From Leucoraja ocellata (Eukaryota): a DNA stretch of 64,000 bases. The stretch covers positions 248,001 through 312,000 of the forward strand of contig JAWMAR010000446.1 of the NCBI GenBank assembly GCA_036785375.1, read 5' to 3'. The translations under genes and the position numbers were made by a program. The notes under the pieces were generated by a model. That model was not told the DNA's origin, searched no databases, and saw only the letters and a list, made by a program, of their open reading frames with translations. Below are positions 49,412-62,154 of the stretch, in pieces (position 1 is the stretch's first letter; every line of letters begins with the position of its first letter).

Positions 49412-50238
49412 ATAGAAACATAGAAACATAGAAACATAGAAATTAGGTGCAGGAGTAGGCCATTCGGCCCTTCGAGCCTGCACCGCCATTCAATATGATC
49501 ATGGCTGATCATCCAACTCAGTATCCCGTACCTACCTTCTCTCCATACCCTCTGATCCCATTAGCCACAAGGGCCACATCTAACTCCCTCTTAATAATTG
49601 CCAATGAACTGGCCTCGACTACCCTCTGTGGCAGAGAGTTCCAGAGATACACCACTCTCTGTGTGAAAAAAGTTCTTCTCATCTCGGTTTTAAAGGATTT
49701 CCCCCTTATCCTTAAGCTGTGACCCCTTGTCCTGGACTTCCCCAACATCGGGAACAATCTTCCTGCATCTAGCCTGTCCAACCCCTTAAGAATTCTGTAA
49801 GTTTCTATAAGATCCCCTCTCAATCTCCTAAATTCTAGAGAGTATAAACCAAGTCTATCCAGTCTTTCTTCATAAGACAGTCCTGACATCCCAGGAATCA
49901 GTCTGGTGAACCTTCTCTGCACTCCCTCTATGGCAAGAATGTCCTTCCTCAGATTTGGAGACCAAAACTGTACGCAATACTCCAGGTGTGGTCTCACCGA
50001 GACCCTGTACAACTGCAGTAGAACCTCCCTGCTCCTATACTCAAATCCTTTTGCTATGAAAGCCAACATACCATTCGCATTCTTTACTGCCTGCTGCACC
50101 TACATGCCTACCTTCAATGACTGGTGTACCATGACACCCAGGTCTCGCTGCATCTCCCCCTTTCCCAATCGGCCACCATTTAGATAATAGTCTGCTTTCC
50201 CGTTTTTGCCACCAAAATGGATAACCTCACATTTATCC
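49412..50238 (-). mobile_element. CR1 LINE 3' fragment
   Basis: ORF 49518..50099 near-identical to the CR1 at 115-764. (ATAGAAAC)n tail on the plus strand. Confidence 0.95.
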
Positions 50239-50979
50239 ACATTATACTGCAATGTGGGAGGAATGGGGGAGGAAACCCGAGCACCCAGAGAAAAACTATG
50301 CGGTCACAGGGCGAATGTACAAACTCCGCACAGACAGCACCCGTGGTTAGGATCAAGCCTGGGTCTCTGGCACAGTACGGCAGCATCTCTACCGCTGTAC
50401 CACTGTGCGGCTGGCCCCTCTGAACAGAATTTGAGCAGAACAATCAGCCCCTCTTGCCTGTTCCATCATTTAGTAAGATGACGGCAGATCTCTCATCTCA
50501 GCAGAACAAACCTGAGTCTTGCATCTTGGTCAGCATAGACGAGTTGGGCCGAAGGGCCTGTTTCCATGCTCGATAGCTCTATGACTCTGACTCTGAAGAT
50601 ATCCTCCAACAAATCCGAAAATGGGAGGTGAACAATTGGCTTAGTCACAGCCCATCAGAACCAGAACAATAAAACACTGCATCAACTAGAGATCTAAAAT
50701 AAAACAGAAAACACTGGAAAATCTCATCAAGTCAGGCAGCAGAGAAGTAAAGTTAATATTTCACATCAAAGACTCTTTCTCAGAACTCAGTCTTCAACCG
50801 GAAATGGTAGATGTGTTTCTCCTTCTGAGATGCTGCCTGACCTGTTGTGGTTCCACCATTTTCTATGTTTACTCCATCAAAACAAGCTGGACAACTTTGA
50901 AGCACCACTCTCCTCCCAACTGCCTTCTCTGTTCTAGAATCATGCTCACCTCATTTCTTCCTATAATTTTCACCAAAAC

Positions 50980-51480
50980 CTGGAAGAGATGAGATTCCTC
51001 TTAGCAAGTAAAGCAGACCAATTCCAAAAGACGTGGTCTATCTTTCTGGACCTATTACAAGTATGAGGTGCAATAGTAATTTAAATAAATAAATAAATAA
51101 ATAAATGGTATCAGGACCTGGTAACGGGAGGTAAAACAACAAAAACAGACTTGGTTGGTAGTCCCCTTTCTGCGGAGTTTAATGTTATAATAGAGCCATT
51201 GTTCCTATTTTCTTTTTCTTTCTTTTCTAGGGTCTATTTTCTCACTTTACTTCCTTCTCTAACTTCTTTTCTAAGGGGCTTTCTTTTCCCAACACTCTTG
51301 CACTTCACGACTCTTGCGCACTTTCTTTACTTGCCTTACTTCTATCTTTTTATTAAGGCTCAAAAAAAATGAAGCGGTACAAAAAATGTATTAAGATAAA
51401 TGTGTTGTGTAGTATTGTCATTTACCGTACTTCTAATTAAAAAAAAAATAAAAATAAATAAATAAATTAAAAAATAAAAA
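50980..51480 (+). mobile_element. L1-clade 3' fragment (same family as 38554-40280)
   Basis: Similar to the reverse complement of ~38560-39040. A-rich tail. Possible TSD ACCAAAAC at 50972-50979 and 51481-51488. Confidence 0.85.
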
Positions 51481-51691
51481 ACCAAAACATCACAATCAAG
51501 AGGAGACTTGTCAGGGTAGATGTTGAGGAGATATTTGCAGCAATGGGAGTCTCCGACAAAGGGGAACAGTTGATGACAAAGGAGTGATCATTTAAAACTG
51601 AGGTGTATTACAACGTCCTGCACAGGGTGGTGAATCTCTGCAATTCTTTACATTTGAGGGTTCCGGAGGCATGATCACTGAAGGTATCTCA

Positions 51692-52242
51692 AGGGCCTGT
51701 CCCACTTGGGCGACCTAATCCACGAGTTCTGTTGAGTTTGCCCTCGGCTCATACTCGCAGCATGGTCGACACGAGGTCGTAGGAGGTCTTCGTAACTCTC
51801 CTTCATGCTGGAGAGTGGTCTCCGCATACTCGAGGTCTCAGCTAGGTCGTGGCGTTTTTTTTCAATATGTTAAACAATGCCCGCGAGCAAACAAAGGTCG
51901 CCATGGAAAAAATCGATTCTTTTTTTACTCGTAGGTTTAGTCGTAGCAGGTCGTAGTAGATCGGCATGTTACTCATTGGTAAACAAGGGTAGTCGAAGGT
52001 AGTCGTAGATAGTCTTCATCATAGTCGAAGGGAGGTCGAAGGGAAGTCGATGGAAATCAAAGGAGGTCATCTTCACTCTCCACTATTCAGTGTCCAATTT
52101 TCCCGAAGTTAGTTGTAGCTAGTCCTAGCTAGTCGAAGCTGGTCTTCAACATAGTCGAAGGAGGTTGAAGGAGGTTGAAGGAGGTCTTCAACATTTCATT
52201 TTTTCAACTCGCCAACTAGGTCGCCCAAGTGGGACAGCCCCT
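51692..52242. mobile_element. PIF/Harbinger-type MITE
   Basis: TIR agggcctgtcccacttgggcgaccta / taggtcgcccaagtgggacagcccct. Flanks TCA / TAA. Internal gtcgaag/gtcgtag repeats. Lies within a CR1 remnant. Confidence 0.85.
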
Positions 52243-54708
52243 TAAAGAGGAACAGCCCCTTAAAGAGGAAGTGGGTGAATTCTTGAACTCAGTAATTTGA
52301 GTAACTCAGTGGCTCATGCAGCATCTCTGGAGAACATGGAAAGGTGACATTTTGGGTCAAGATCCTTATTAGCAAATTTTGTTTGCGAATGCTTTTGTAG
52401 TGCTTTGTTTTGCTACATTAAAGACCACTAGGCAAGTAAAATTTACTTGCTTTACAACCAACATTCCTTTCCAATTTATAATGAATTCATTAAATAGAGG
52501 AGTTGATATTCCTTGTAACACAGTTTGTACGACTGGTAATGCAAGCATTTCTATGTTTCATAAAATACCATGTTTTATCACATGTAACTCAATCCAATTA
52601 ATTAACCTTCTATTACAAAGGAAGCAATTGACTTTCCCATTCAAATAAAAATCAGAATTATGGACTTGAGTACTTCGTACCTTCAATTTTATTCAGCTGA
52701 ATAAACAGGAATCCTGTTGAGTTAACCTACTTCTTTCAGAGGTAAACACCAGGCCAGCGTTATTTTAAACAGAAAAGCTTATTCTTTAAGTCTTCCATTG
52801 CAGCAAAATTACTGAGCAGTAGGTTTTCTTTTTACTCATTGTCTTAAATTGGCCCATTTGTTCGATTTAAAAATGCATATCATGGTCTTATCTTCTTAAC
52901 TTGGGGCTTTCATTTATAATTTCCTGTACTTACACAGAAAGAGACAAGAAATCAGTATTAATAGATGGTAGGGGAACCGCAGAACCGCACCTGCCGTCTG
53001 AAGGTTGAAATAATGGCATCTCAGCATTGCTTCTTTCCCCCAGGGGTACGCCATACAATGAAGAAAATGCTGTGAAATTGGCGCTGCTGCTTAAGAGCTC
53101 GATGACTACAAAGAACTCGTTTGGTTTTGTAGTGTATGTTTTAAATATAGCATTTTGCAAAGATACAGATCTTGACCTGGAAACATTATATTGCTCAAGC
53201 GACCTTGAAATGAAATCACATTCATGTGCTACTTTCTTTTTCCTGAGTGTCGAGGTGAAGCAGCAATAAAAGATAACTCAGTCTGTGTCACTTAGTATAC
53301 AAGACAGCCAGTAACAGATGCTAATTGTGTTTCACTGCACACACTCCAAGACACAAGATAAATGGAAGCTGAGTGAAACTGTGATATGTTTATGTAGTCC
53401 AGAGAGAGAAAGACTAGAGATCTAGTCATATCACATTAAACTATATACTACTATCGACAAATAATTTGTGACAAACTGTAAGTATGCAAATGTAGAAGTT
53501 ACAGTGAGAGGCTTAAAATTCTTCCGCTCAATATTTAGTTACATTTCTATTTTTGAGGCACTAACGTCTTTCTTCCAAAGGAAACTCCTACAGATCATTC
53601 GATGAACTCAAGGAATAGTACTGTTGATTTAATGGTATATTCTTTTTTTTTTTAAGTATGTAATCTTGAATAATAAGAAATCTAATGAGGTTTGTAGATG
53701 TTTATCGAGTTCTAGTTTTTCAAAGGACACATGCGGTATGCCACATTGCTTTTACTAGTAGACATTAGGAGAATGTGCCCTAATTAATAACCTCTCACAG
53801 CCTTGGACTTGGCAGTCACTGTAAAGGTTGCTGCCTTTCTATTTTATCAGCCCACTGCTGATAGTGGCAGCCAGCAATAGCCTGTGGTGCACGCATGAAT
53901 GATTATCCGGTTTTCTTTGAAAAATTCATGAGGCTGAATTGTTAGCATGTGTAATTACTGTGTAATAACCAAGGCTTAGTCTGCTGTTTGTCCAAATAGG
54001 GGAGGGATAGCTGCGTTTAAAGTGAGTCTAGGGGGAAGTAGGGTGTTGCAAGGAGAGTGATAGGTGGTCATCTAGTCATGTTCAGTCTTATCTGGTCAGA
54101 CCATTTGCAAATAACACCTTTAGACATCCTTTAAATCAAACCTACTGTGGCCATAGGGAAAAGAACAACCACACCACTGTGTTATTCTGTTTCTAAGCAT
54201 TTTTTTTTCACACTTGCAGGATATTAGAACATAGATTATCATAAAATCCTGAGTCATAAGAACAGAATTGGGTCATTCGGCCCATCAAGTCTGCTCCACT
54301 ATCGTGGCTGATCTATTTTTTATTCTCAACCCCATTTTCCTGCATTCTTCCCCATAACCTTTCACTTCCTTACCAACCAAGAATATGATCAGCCATGATC
54401 ATATTGAATGGCGGTGCAGGCTCGAAGGGCCGAATGGCCTACTCCTGCACCTATTTTCTATGTTGCTATGAACCTATCAATCTACATTTTAAATATACCC
54501 TATGACTTGGCCACCACAGCCATCTACAGCAATGAATTGCAGAGATTCACCACCAGCTGGCTAAAGAATAGAGAGCAGTACGGCACAGGAACAGACCATT
54601 TGGCCCTTAACGACCATGCTGAACATGATGAAAAGTTAAGCTAATCTCCTCGACCAGCACATGATCAATATCCCTCTATTCTTCCTAAAGCTTCTTAAAT
54701 GCCACCTT

Positions 54709-54843
54709 CTTCTTGCGTTTGGCGTGCACAGCCTAAAGTTGTAGGACAACGTGTTCTATTCGATCTTATTTGATTGTGCACGCCGGGTTGATTGCATTCG
54801 TTGAAACAGGGCGGACCACGTGAAGGTTGCAATCTTCCACCAC
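54709..54843 (-). mobile_element. ~135-bp ribozyme-headed short retroposon, copy 2
   Basis: TSD AATGCCACCTT at 54698-54708 and 54844-54854. (AAG)n tail. Colinear with 36619-36751. Confidence 0.9.
54790..54843 (-). ncRNA. HDV/CPEB3-like self-cleaving ribozyme fold (1 mismatch)
   Basis: P1 GTGGTGG/CCGCCCT with G1-U wobble, J1/2 AA, P2 GATTGCA/TGCAATC perfect, P3 ACC/GGT perfect, L3 TTCACGT, P1.1 G, TTTCAA, J4/2 CGAA with candidate catalytic C. Confidence 0.85.
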
Positions 54844-56410
54844 AATGCCACCTTAAATATGCTAATTTAAATGACCTCCGCAAGTGCAAATATTTAACAT
54901 TATCGGGCAAATGTGTGGTCGTGTTTTTGCATTTAATTTTAATTTTTTTGTCTGGCCATGGGGAGTGACGGGGAACAAGTCTATCTCTGCTTGTTCCTCC
55001 TGTATGCTTCGATGTTTTTATATTAACAAGGAGTGCTTTGTTAATATCTTGAAACTACCTGGTGGAAATGGAATTGCGAAGAATCTCAAATAAACAGATG
55101 GCAAAGTATGTCATTCTGAATGCATTGTGTAAAAGAGGAGACTGTGGCAATAATTAGACCGTACTGCTTCAAAAAAAAGCATTAATGGAAGCCATTTAAA
55201 CATTTTGATACTCACGGGCAGTTACCTATGCCTCCTGATAGAAATCGTGCAAGATTGGCAGAATCCATTTTCAGAGAGAAAGGCTAGATTGTGCCTGTCA
55301 GTTTCTGGCAAAGTTTAATAAATTTCATGTCATTGTAAAGACCAGCTAGTGACGAATGGCCCAAGGCAAATAAAACATGATGAACATATGATACTGTAGT
55401 TTAACACACTCACTCATATGCTTAGTCCAATACCATTATGAATACTAGCTTATTTGCTGTCAATGGCTATCATGTGGCACATTTTGCTAACCATTCACAG
55501 CACATGTAAGCACCCGGGGCAAGCTAATAACTGTATGATTATTAGTTATTATAGTTTTGGACAATTATTTTTATTATTAAATATTCATTTCCATCTTACC
55601 CACTTTTGTTTACTGTCTTCTTTTGCTAGAAGTTCTTTATCATAACACAGCGATTCACTTATCAGTTGCATCAAAGACGTGTTCAGATGGAATATTGGTT
55701 TAAATGTGCATGTGTTATCACATTTAACAATTTCCCCAATAAATGCTGTTCAGTGGGAGAGTAAACGGCTTTGGGTTATGTTTAATTCCTGCACAATATC
55801 TACTAATTATTCATTACAATGTTTGAAGAATGGATATTCCGGGATACTTGCTAATTAATGCATATTGTTTTTTTAAATTAATCAATCAAAACTCATTGTA
55901 TCATGTGGAAGCATGCTGCATGCACAGCTAAAGCCCCTTGTGTCTCCAATTAGCTCACGTTGTTAAAGTGTCTCTTTGAATTTTAATCAGGTACTTCAGA
56001 GAAAAAAGGTTGTACTAATAGTAACCAAAGGAAGTGAAAGAACTGATATCTTTGCAAATAACATGATCACATTTAATATAGGAAGAGCTTTCAAGATAAG
56101 GGACATTAAACATCTTTAGCCTAATTTGTAATTAATTCATTTTCTTCTTGGAGAGTCCCAAGGGTTCAAAGATGACCCTGCTGCCAGTTCAGTTCTGTGG
56201 ACTTTGAGGGGACTGATAAGGGCAGGATGGGATATGCTGATTCTGCCTCAGATGCTGGATGGGACAAGAGTGCGGGACATCACATTAAAGAATATTTATG
56301 TAATTTTAACCATTTGTCTTCAAAACAGCATTAATGCATTTGAGACAGATTATATAAAAAAACAATATAATAGAATCAGGGCCTTGAAATTGCAAAGAAA
56401 ATTACTGACA

Positions 56411-58065
56411 CAGTGCCCTCCATAATGTTTGGGACAAAGACCTATCATTTATTTATTTGCCTTTGTACTCCACAATTTGAGATTTGTAATAGAAAAAATT
56501 ATATGTGGTTAAAGTGCACATTGTTAGATTTTAATAAAGGGCATTTTTTGAATATTTTGGTTTCACCATGTAGAAATGACAGCAGTGTTTATACATAGTC
56601 CCCCCATTTCAGGACACCACAATGTTTGGGACACAGCAATTGCATGTAAATTAAAGTAGTTATGTTTAGTATTTTGTTGCATATCCTTTGCATGCAATGA
56701 CTGCTTGAAGTCTGCGATTCATGGACATCACCAGTTGCTGGGTGTCTTCTCTGGTGATGCTCTACCAGGCCTGTATTGCATCCATCTTTAGCTTATGCTT
56801 GTTTTGGGGCCTAGTCCCCTTCAGTTTTCTCTTCAGCATATAAAAGGCATGCTCAATTGGGTTCCGATCGGGTGATAGACTTGGCCACTCAAGAATTGAA
56901 CATTTTTTAGCTTTGAAAAACTCATTTGTTGCTTTTGCAGTATGTTTGGGATCATTGTCTTGCTGTAGAATGAACCACCACCCAATGAATTTTGAGGCAT
57001 TTGTTTGAACTTGAGCTGATTTGATGTGTCTATACACTATATAATTCATTATGCTACTACCATCAGCAATCTCATCAATGAAGATAAGTGAACCAGTACC
57101 TTCAGCAGCCATACATGTCCAGGCCATAACACCCCCACCACCATGTTTCGCAGATGAGGTGGTATGCTTATGATCTTGGGCATTTCCTTCTCTCCTCCCT
57201 ACTTTGCTCTTGCCATCACTCTGATATAAGTTAATCTTCATCTCATCTGTCCACAAGGCCTTTTTCCAGAACTGTGGTTGCTCTTTTAAGTACTTTGTGG
57301 CAAACTGTTACCCGGCCATCCTACTTTTGTGGCTAACCAGTGGTTTGCATCTTGCAGTATAGCATCTTTATTTCTGTTCATGAAGTCTTCAGCAGACAGT
57401 GGTCATTGACAAATCCACACCTGACTCCTGAAGAGTGTTTCTGATCTGTCGGACAGGTGTTTTTCTTTATTATAGCGAATAGGTGCAGGAGTAGGCCGTT
57501 TGGCCCTTTGAGCTAACAGAAGTAGGCCATTCTCATGTCATCAGCTGAGGAGGTCTTCCTTGGCCTGCCAGTCCCTTTGTGATTAGTAAGCTCACCAGTA
57601 CTCTCTTTCTTCTTAATGATGTTCCAAACAGTTGATTTTGGTAAGCTTAAGGTTTGGCTGATTCGTGTTTCTCAGTCTCATAATGGCTTCTTTGACTTTC
57701 ATTGGCACAACTTTGGTCCTCATGTTGATAAACAGCAATAAAAGTTTCCAAAGGTCATGGGAAGACTGGAGGAAAGACTGTGATGTGTTCTAGGAGGCAT
57801 TTAAACACACCTGGGCAATTCAAAATGCCTGTGAAGCCATGTTTCCCAAACATTATGATGACCTGAAATGGGGGAACTGTGTATAAACACAGCTGTAATT
57901 TTGACATGGTGAAACCAAAATGTATAAACAATACCCTTTAATAAAATCTGACAATGTGCACTTTAACCACGTGTGATTCTGTTCTATTACACATCTCAAA
58001 TTGTGGAGTACTGAGGCAAATAAAGAAATGATGGGTCTTTGTCCCAAACATTATAGAGGGCGCTG
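56411..58065 (-). mobile_element. Tc1-family DNA transposon, full length, decayed
   Basis: ~220-bp TIRs starting cagtgccctccataatgtttgggacaaagacc / ggtctttgtcccaaacattatagagggcgctg, with an inner direct repeat (atgtttgggaca). TA on the right, CA on the left. Small CR1-tail insertion at ~57475-57530. Confidence 0.92.
56762..57256 (-). pseudogene. Tc1 transposase catalytic domain (DD34E), disrupted
   Basis: WTDE...KHGGGGVMAW...QQDNDPKH...WPSLSPDRNPIEH. 34 residues lie between the second D and the E. The frame does not extend to full length. Confidence 0.9.
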
Positions 58066-58227
58066 TATATGTCCTTAAAATACAAAGGAGTGTTTCACTT
58101 TAAAATTAATACCAGCCTAAAATTAGGTGAAACTTTAAAAATATTCACTGCATTTGGCTTGATTGTTCTCATGTATAACATGACCTGATTTAATTTGATG
58201 GCCAGCAAACAAAAGCTATTCATTGTA

Positions 58228-58435
58228 GGTACACAAAATTGCTGGAGAAACTCAGTGGGTGCAGCAGCATCTATGGAGCGAAGGAAATAGGCGACGTTTC
58301 GGTCCGAAACCCTTTGGGTTTCGGCCCGAAACGTCACCTATTTCCTTCGCTCCATAGATGCTGCTGCACCCACTGAGTTTCTCCAGCAATTTTGTGTACC
58401 TTCGATCTTCCAGCATCTGCAGTTCCTTCTTGAAC
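58228..58435. mobile_element. Fold-back Penelope-type insertion with 14-bp TSD
   Basis: ~85-bp near-perfect inverted arms (58227-58401) centred on hammerhead helix II. TSD AGCTATTCATTGTA at 58214-58227 and 58436-58449. Confidence 0.85.
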
Positions 58436-61400
58436 AGCTATTCATTGTATCTTGGAAAGGCAGTACCAATACCTTATGTAGAATGAATCCCTCATAGAAA
58501 TAAATAAGAAAATGTAGATTGATTTCTTCAGCAAATAATGGAAATGTGCGTCACTGTCATTTTCTGCTTATTGGGTATTTTTATCTATTCCGCCAAATTC
58601 TTTTGCTGGAGTGTGTGAGGTGGGAAAAAATGTTATCTAAATGGAAGTACAGCCCAATGTGGAAATGTTGCAATATTCTAGAATTGTTAGTCTTGCTCGA
58701 TTATCCTGCAATATTTGTACAGACCGTTCCCATGGGATAATAAACAGATTGGCTGGAATCCATGACAGGAAGGTTTGAACTCGATCAGCTGAGCGGTCAT
58801 TTTTTAATCCTCGTTTTATTATGTTAGTCATGATGAGGCCAAGTTAGTGCTTTACGGTGTCCCAGCAATGACAAAATGTAGTTCTGCCTTTGTTCCAGTA
58901 TCAGTAACTGTAGAGCAGCTTTGTAGTCACTGACTAGGTTTAGATGGGCATTTAAGACAAATCACTGATTGGCATGCCAGTGAAGCAAAAAAATATGGAC
59001 TTCATCATGAAGAGGTATGTTCAGAAACTGCCCAAGATGTGATCAATTTCTTTCCACAGACGGAAGGGCCTGTGGTGTGTTTCTGTGCCTGCATTATGAC
59101 TGACAGTGACTAGAATGAAATACAAAGCTTGCTGACTGCAGTGCACAGCTAGGATATGAATATAATGACTATTTTTCAACCAGCCAACCAAAGCTTTATT
59201 AATGCTTTAGGTGTCATCCTGTCTGTGTTCCATACGCGATTGATATATTGAATATCTTTAAGCTAAATATTGCTGCAGAATTAAATTTATGAGATATATG
59301 AAGCTATTAGTATTTAAAATAATTAGAAATAATAACATACTAAATTAGTGGCTTCGTTTTACAGAGTCCTTCCCTGGCAGAGAAAAGATCAGGTGTACAA
59401 CGCCTAGTCATTAATCAAGCTTTAACTTTAAATAGGAGCTCAGTATTAGTAATGGCACAAAGTCTCACCAAATACTCAATGTTTTTTTGTTAGACTGTGT
59501 GGTATATAGATTAATAATATACTATTGATGATAACAGTACAGGCAGACAATATTGCGGTATCCAATTTACATGCCGTGTCTGACGTGACATTTCTGCCAG
59601 AACAGGAAAAAATATATTAAAAATGTTGTTGGCTATAAATGTTACTTCTTAACAAAATATTCCCCATTCTTATTTTAAAGGCAGGTACAACATTTCGCAC
59701 CAGATCAAATGAAAATATAGTCGTTAAAGAATTTATTCCTTATTTATTGCCTGTATTCTGCATTGATATTTTATCCAGCCATCTTGCTCTCTTCAAACTG
59801 CTCAGCAATTCCATTGTAAGTAGCGAAACAAAACCTTCAAGTCCATTTGATATGTGTCTTTTTTTTGTATTTACCTTGGAACGTATGCCATTTTGATGAA
59901 GTGTCTAATGAATAGACCCAAACACAATTTTCACCATTTTTTTTTACAGTAAATTAGGGAATGATTCTCAAGTTAGCATCACAATGAGTAAGATAGGATT
60001 TTCAGTATTTGTGTGACCTCAAGGTCACCTGAAGGAAAGCAACATAAATCAAAGTGACACCCGTGCAAGAGACCTAAACTGTCCTTGTATGTCGACTCTA
60101 ACACAAAACTGAGGCATACCGTGTGCTCGGCAAGTATTTATTTCAGAGCTTCAGGCAGCTAATTTTGACAATTATTTGATAAACCCATGTAGATCGATTA
60201 ACATTTTAGACTGGTGGAACAAAGGGAGGAATAGTTCATCCATCATCTTTAAAATTCTTCAGTCTCAATAAAAGAAGGAAATAAAATATGTTGTTTTACG
60301 ATTACATTTCTTTTCCCCCCAACAGTAAAAAACAATGTTTTATTTTAAACCTGTAACCCTCCATGCACACAGCCAATTATAGCAAAACTTCACTCTGTGA
60401 CCCTTCTCCACCAGGGTAAAGGCAGTGTACTGTAACTAGGAAACAAAGAGCAGGAAAAATATGTTACAATTGCAAAATGTGGATGAATTGGGATTTTCTT
60501 CAGAACGTTGCCTCCTATTCCGGCCACTCTTGCAAGCTATGGTTTTGATGTATTCAGTTTAGTGTTTTAATCTGCTCAAAGAGGATCTCCCCATTCTACG
60601 ATTAGCTAGAAAAGAGTAAATTAACTGACACTTACCTCAAGAAAATTAAATGATATTATAGTAATTTAATCTTCAAGATGGAGTATTCCAAATAGTCACA
60701 TAAATAAATGTTCAATCTTCATAAATATAATACAGTAAAAATATTAAATACATTTATAGCATCATGGGCCTGCATTACATTTTTTAATTAGTTTCAGGTT
60801 ATTTGTGACAATGTCTTGTAATGAGTAGGTTTACAGTAAGATGGAATTGCAATTCTCCAAGGGATGCAGTCACTCCAACCACTTTATTTCACATCAGGTT
60901 TAATAGCCTTGCAACCTATAGCAAGCAGCCTTGTCAAATTCACCTCAGGCTCAAACAATATGCTTTGCACCTCAAATCTCAGCTTGCCCAAGACAATCAT
61001 GTGTGTGGAGTGGGTTTTGCGCTTGCTGTATTTGGAACAGCCCTATTTTTTCTCTACACCAGTTCAGCAGTAATCCTGCTGAAGCAATAAAAGAGATTTA
61101 CGGAATCCACAGCACATATTGGATATCTGAAATAAAAACAAAATCAAAGTGCAGCAAATGCTTTGCAGGTCAGGCGGGGAGAGAAACAGAACTAACATTT
61201 CGAACTGTTCATCGGGACCGTTCTGCTGAAACGTCCTCAATGTAAAACACAAAGTGCTGGAGTAACTCAGTGAGACAAGCAGCATCCGTGGAGGGATTGG
61301 GGGCCATTCCCAAAAACATTTCCTGTCCATTCCCTCCACAAATACTGCCTTACCCATTGAGTTACTCAGCACTTTGAGTTTTGCTCAAGACTACAGCATC

Positions 61401-61751
61401 TGCAGTTCATTTTGACTGAAGTATCAACTATTAACTATTTGTCTCTCCACAATGGTATATGAGTATTTACAGCAGTTTCTGATGTTCAAGACCATACCAG
61501 ACATTCCCTTCCATTGGCCTCCCAATACAGGGCTGGACCCTTTATGCATAAGTGCACAATTATTTATTTTTCTGAAGTTACCATGAATCATTTGACACGC
61601 TTCAATGCCTAATTATTCTAACACTATTTTATTTTATTCAACTTATTTGTCCTCATTTTTTATTCAGGAGTCTCCTACCCTACACAATGTTGTAGACAAA
61701 GAGTTTACTGCCTCTCGTTAATTGTCCATAACAGTAGCTATCAAATGATTT

Positions 61752-62045
61752 GGGCAGCACAGTGATGCAGTGGGTGAGTTGCAGCTGGTGAATTGCAGCC
61801 TTACAACGCCAGAAACCCAGGTTTGATCCTGACTGTGGATGCTGTCTGTGTGGAGTTTGTATGTTCTGCCTATAAGTTCCAGTTTTCTCCCACATTCCAA
61901 ATACATACAGGTTTGTCGATTAATTGGCTTTTGTAAATTGTAAATTGTCCCTGGTGTGTATGATAATGCTAGTGTATGGGGTGATCGCTGTTCTGTGCAG
62001 ACTCAGTGGGCTGAAGGCCCTGTTTCTGCGCTAAAGTCTAACGTC
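61752..62045 (+). mobile_element. HE1-type V-SINE
   Basis: gggcagcacagtgatgcagtgg head; gggctgaaggccctgtttctgcgct tail. Confidence 0.8.
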
Positions 62046-62110
62046 TAATTGACTTGGAATGGTTTGTAATAGTTACATGTCTGAATCTTCTAATGAGGGG
62101 TGTTTGGAGC

Positions 62111-62111
<1 letters not shown>

Positions 62112-62154
<43 letters not shown>

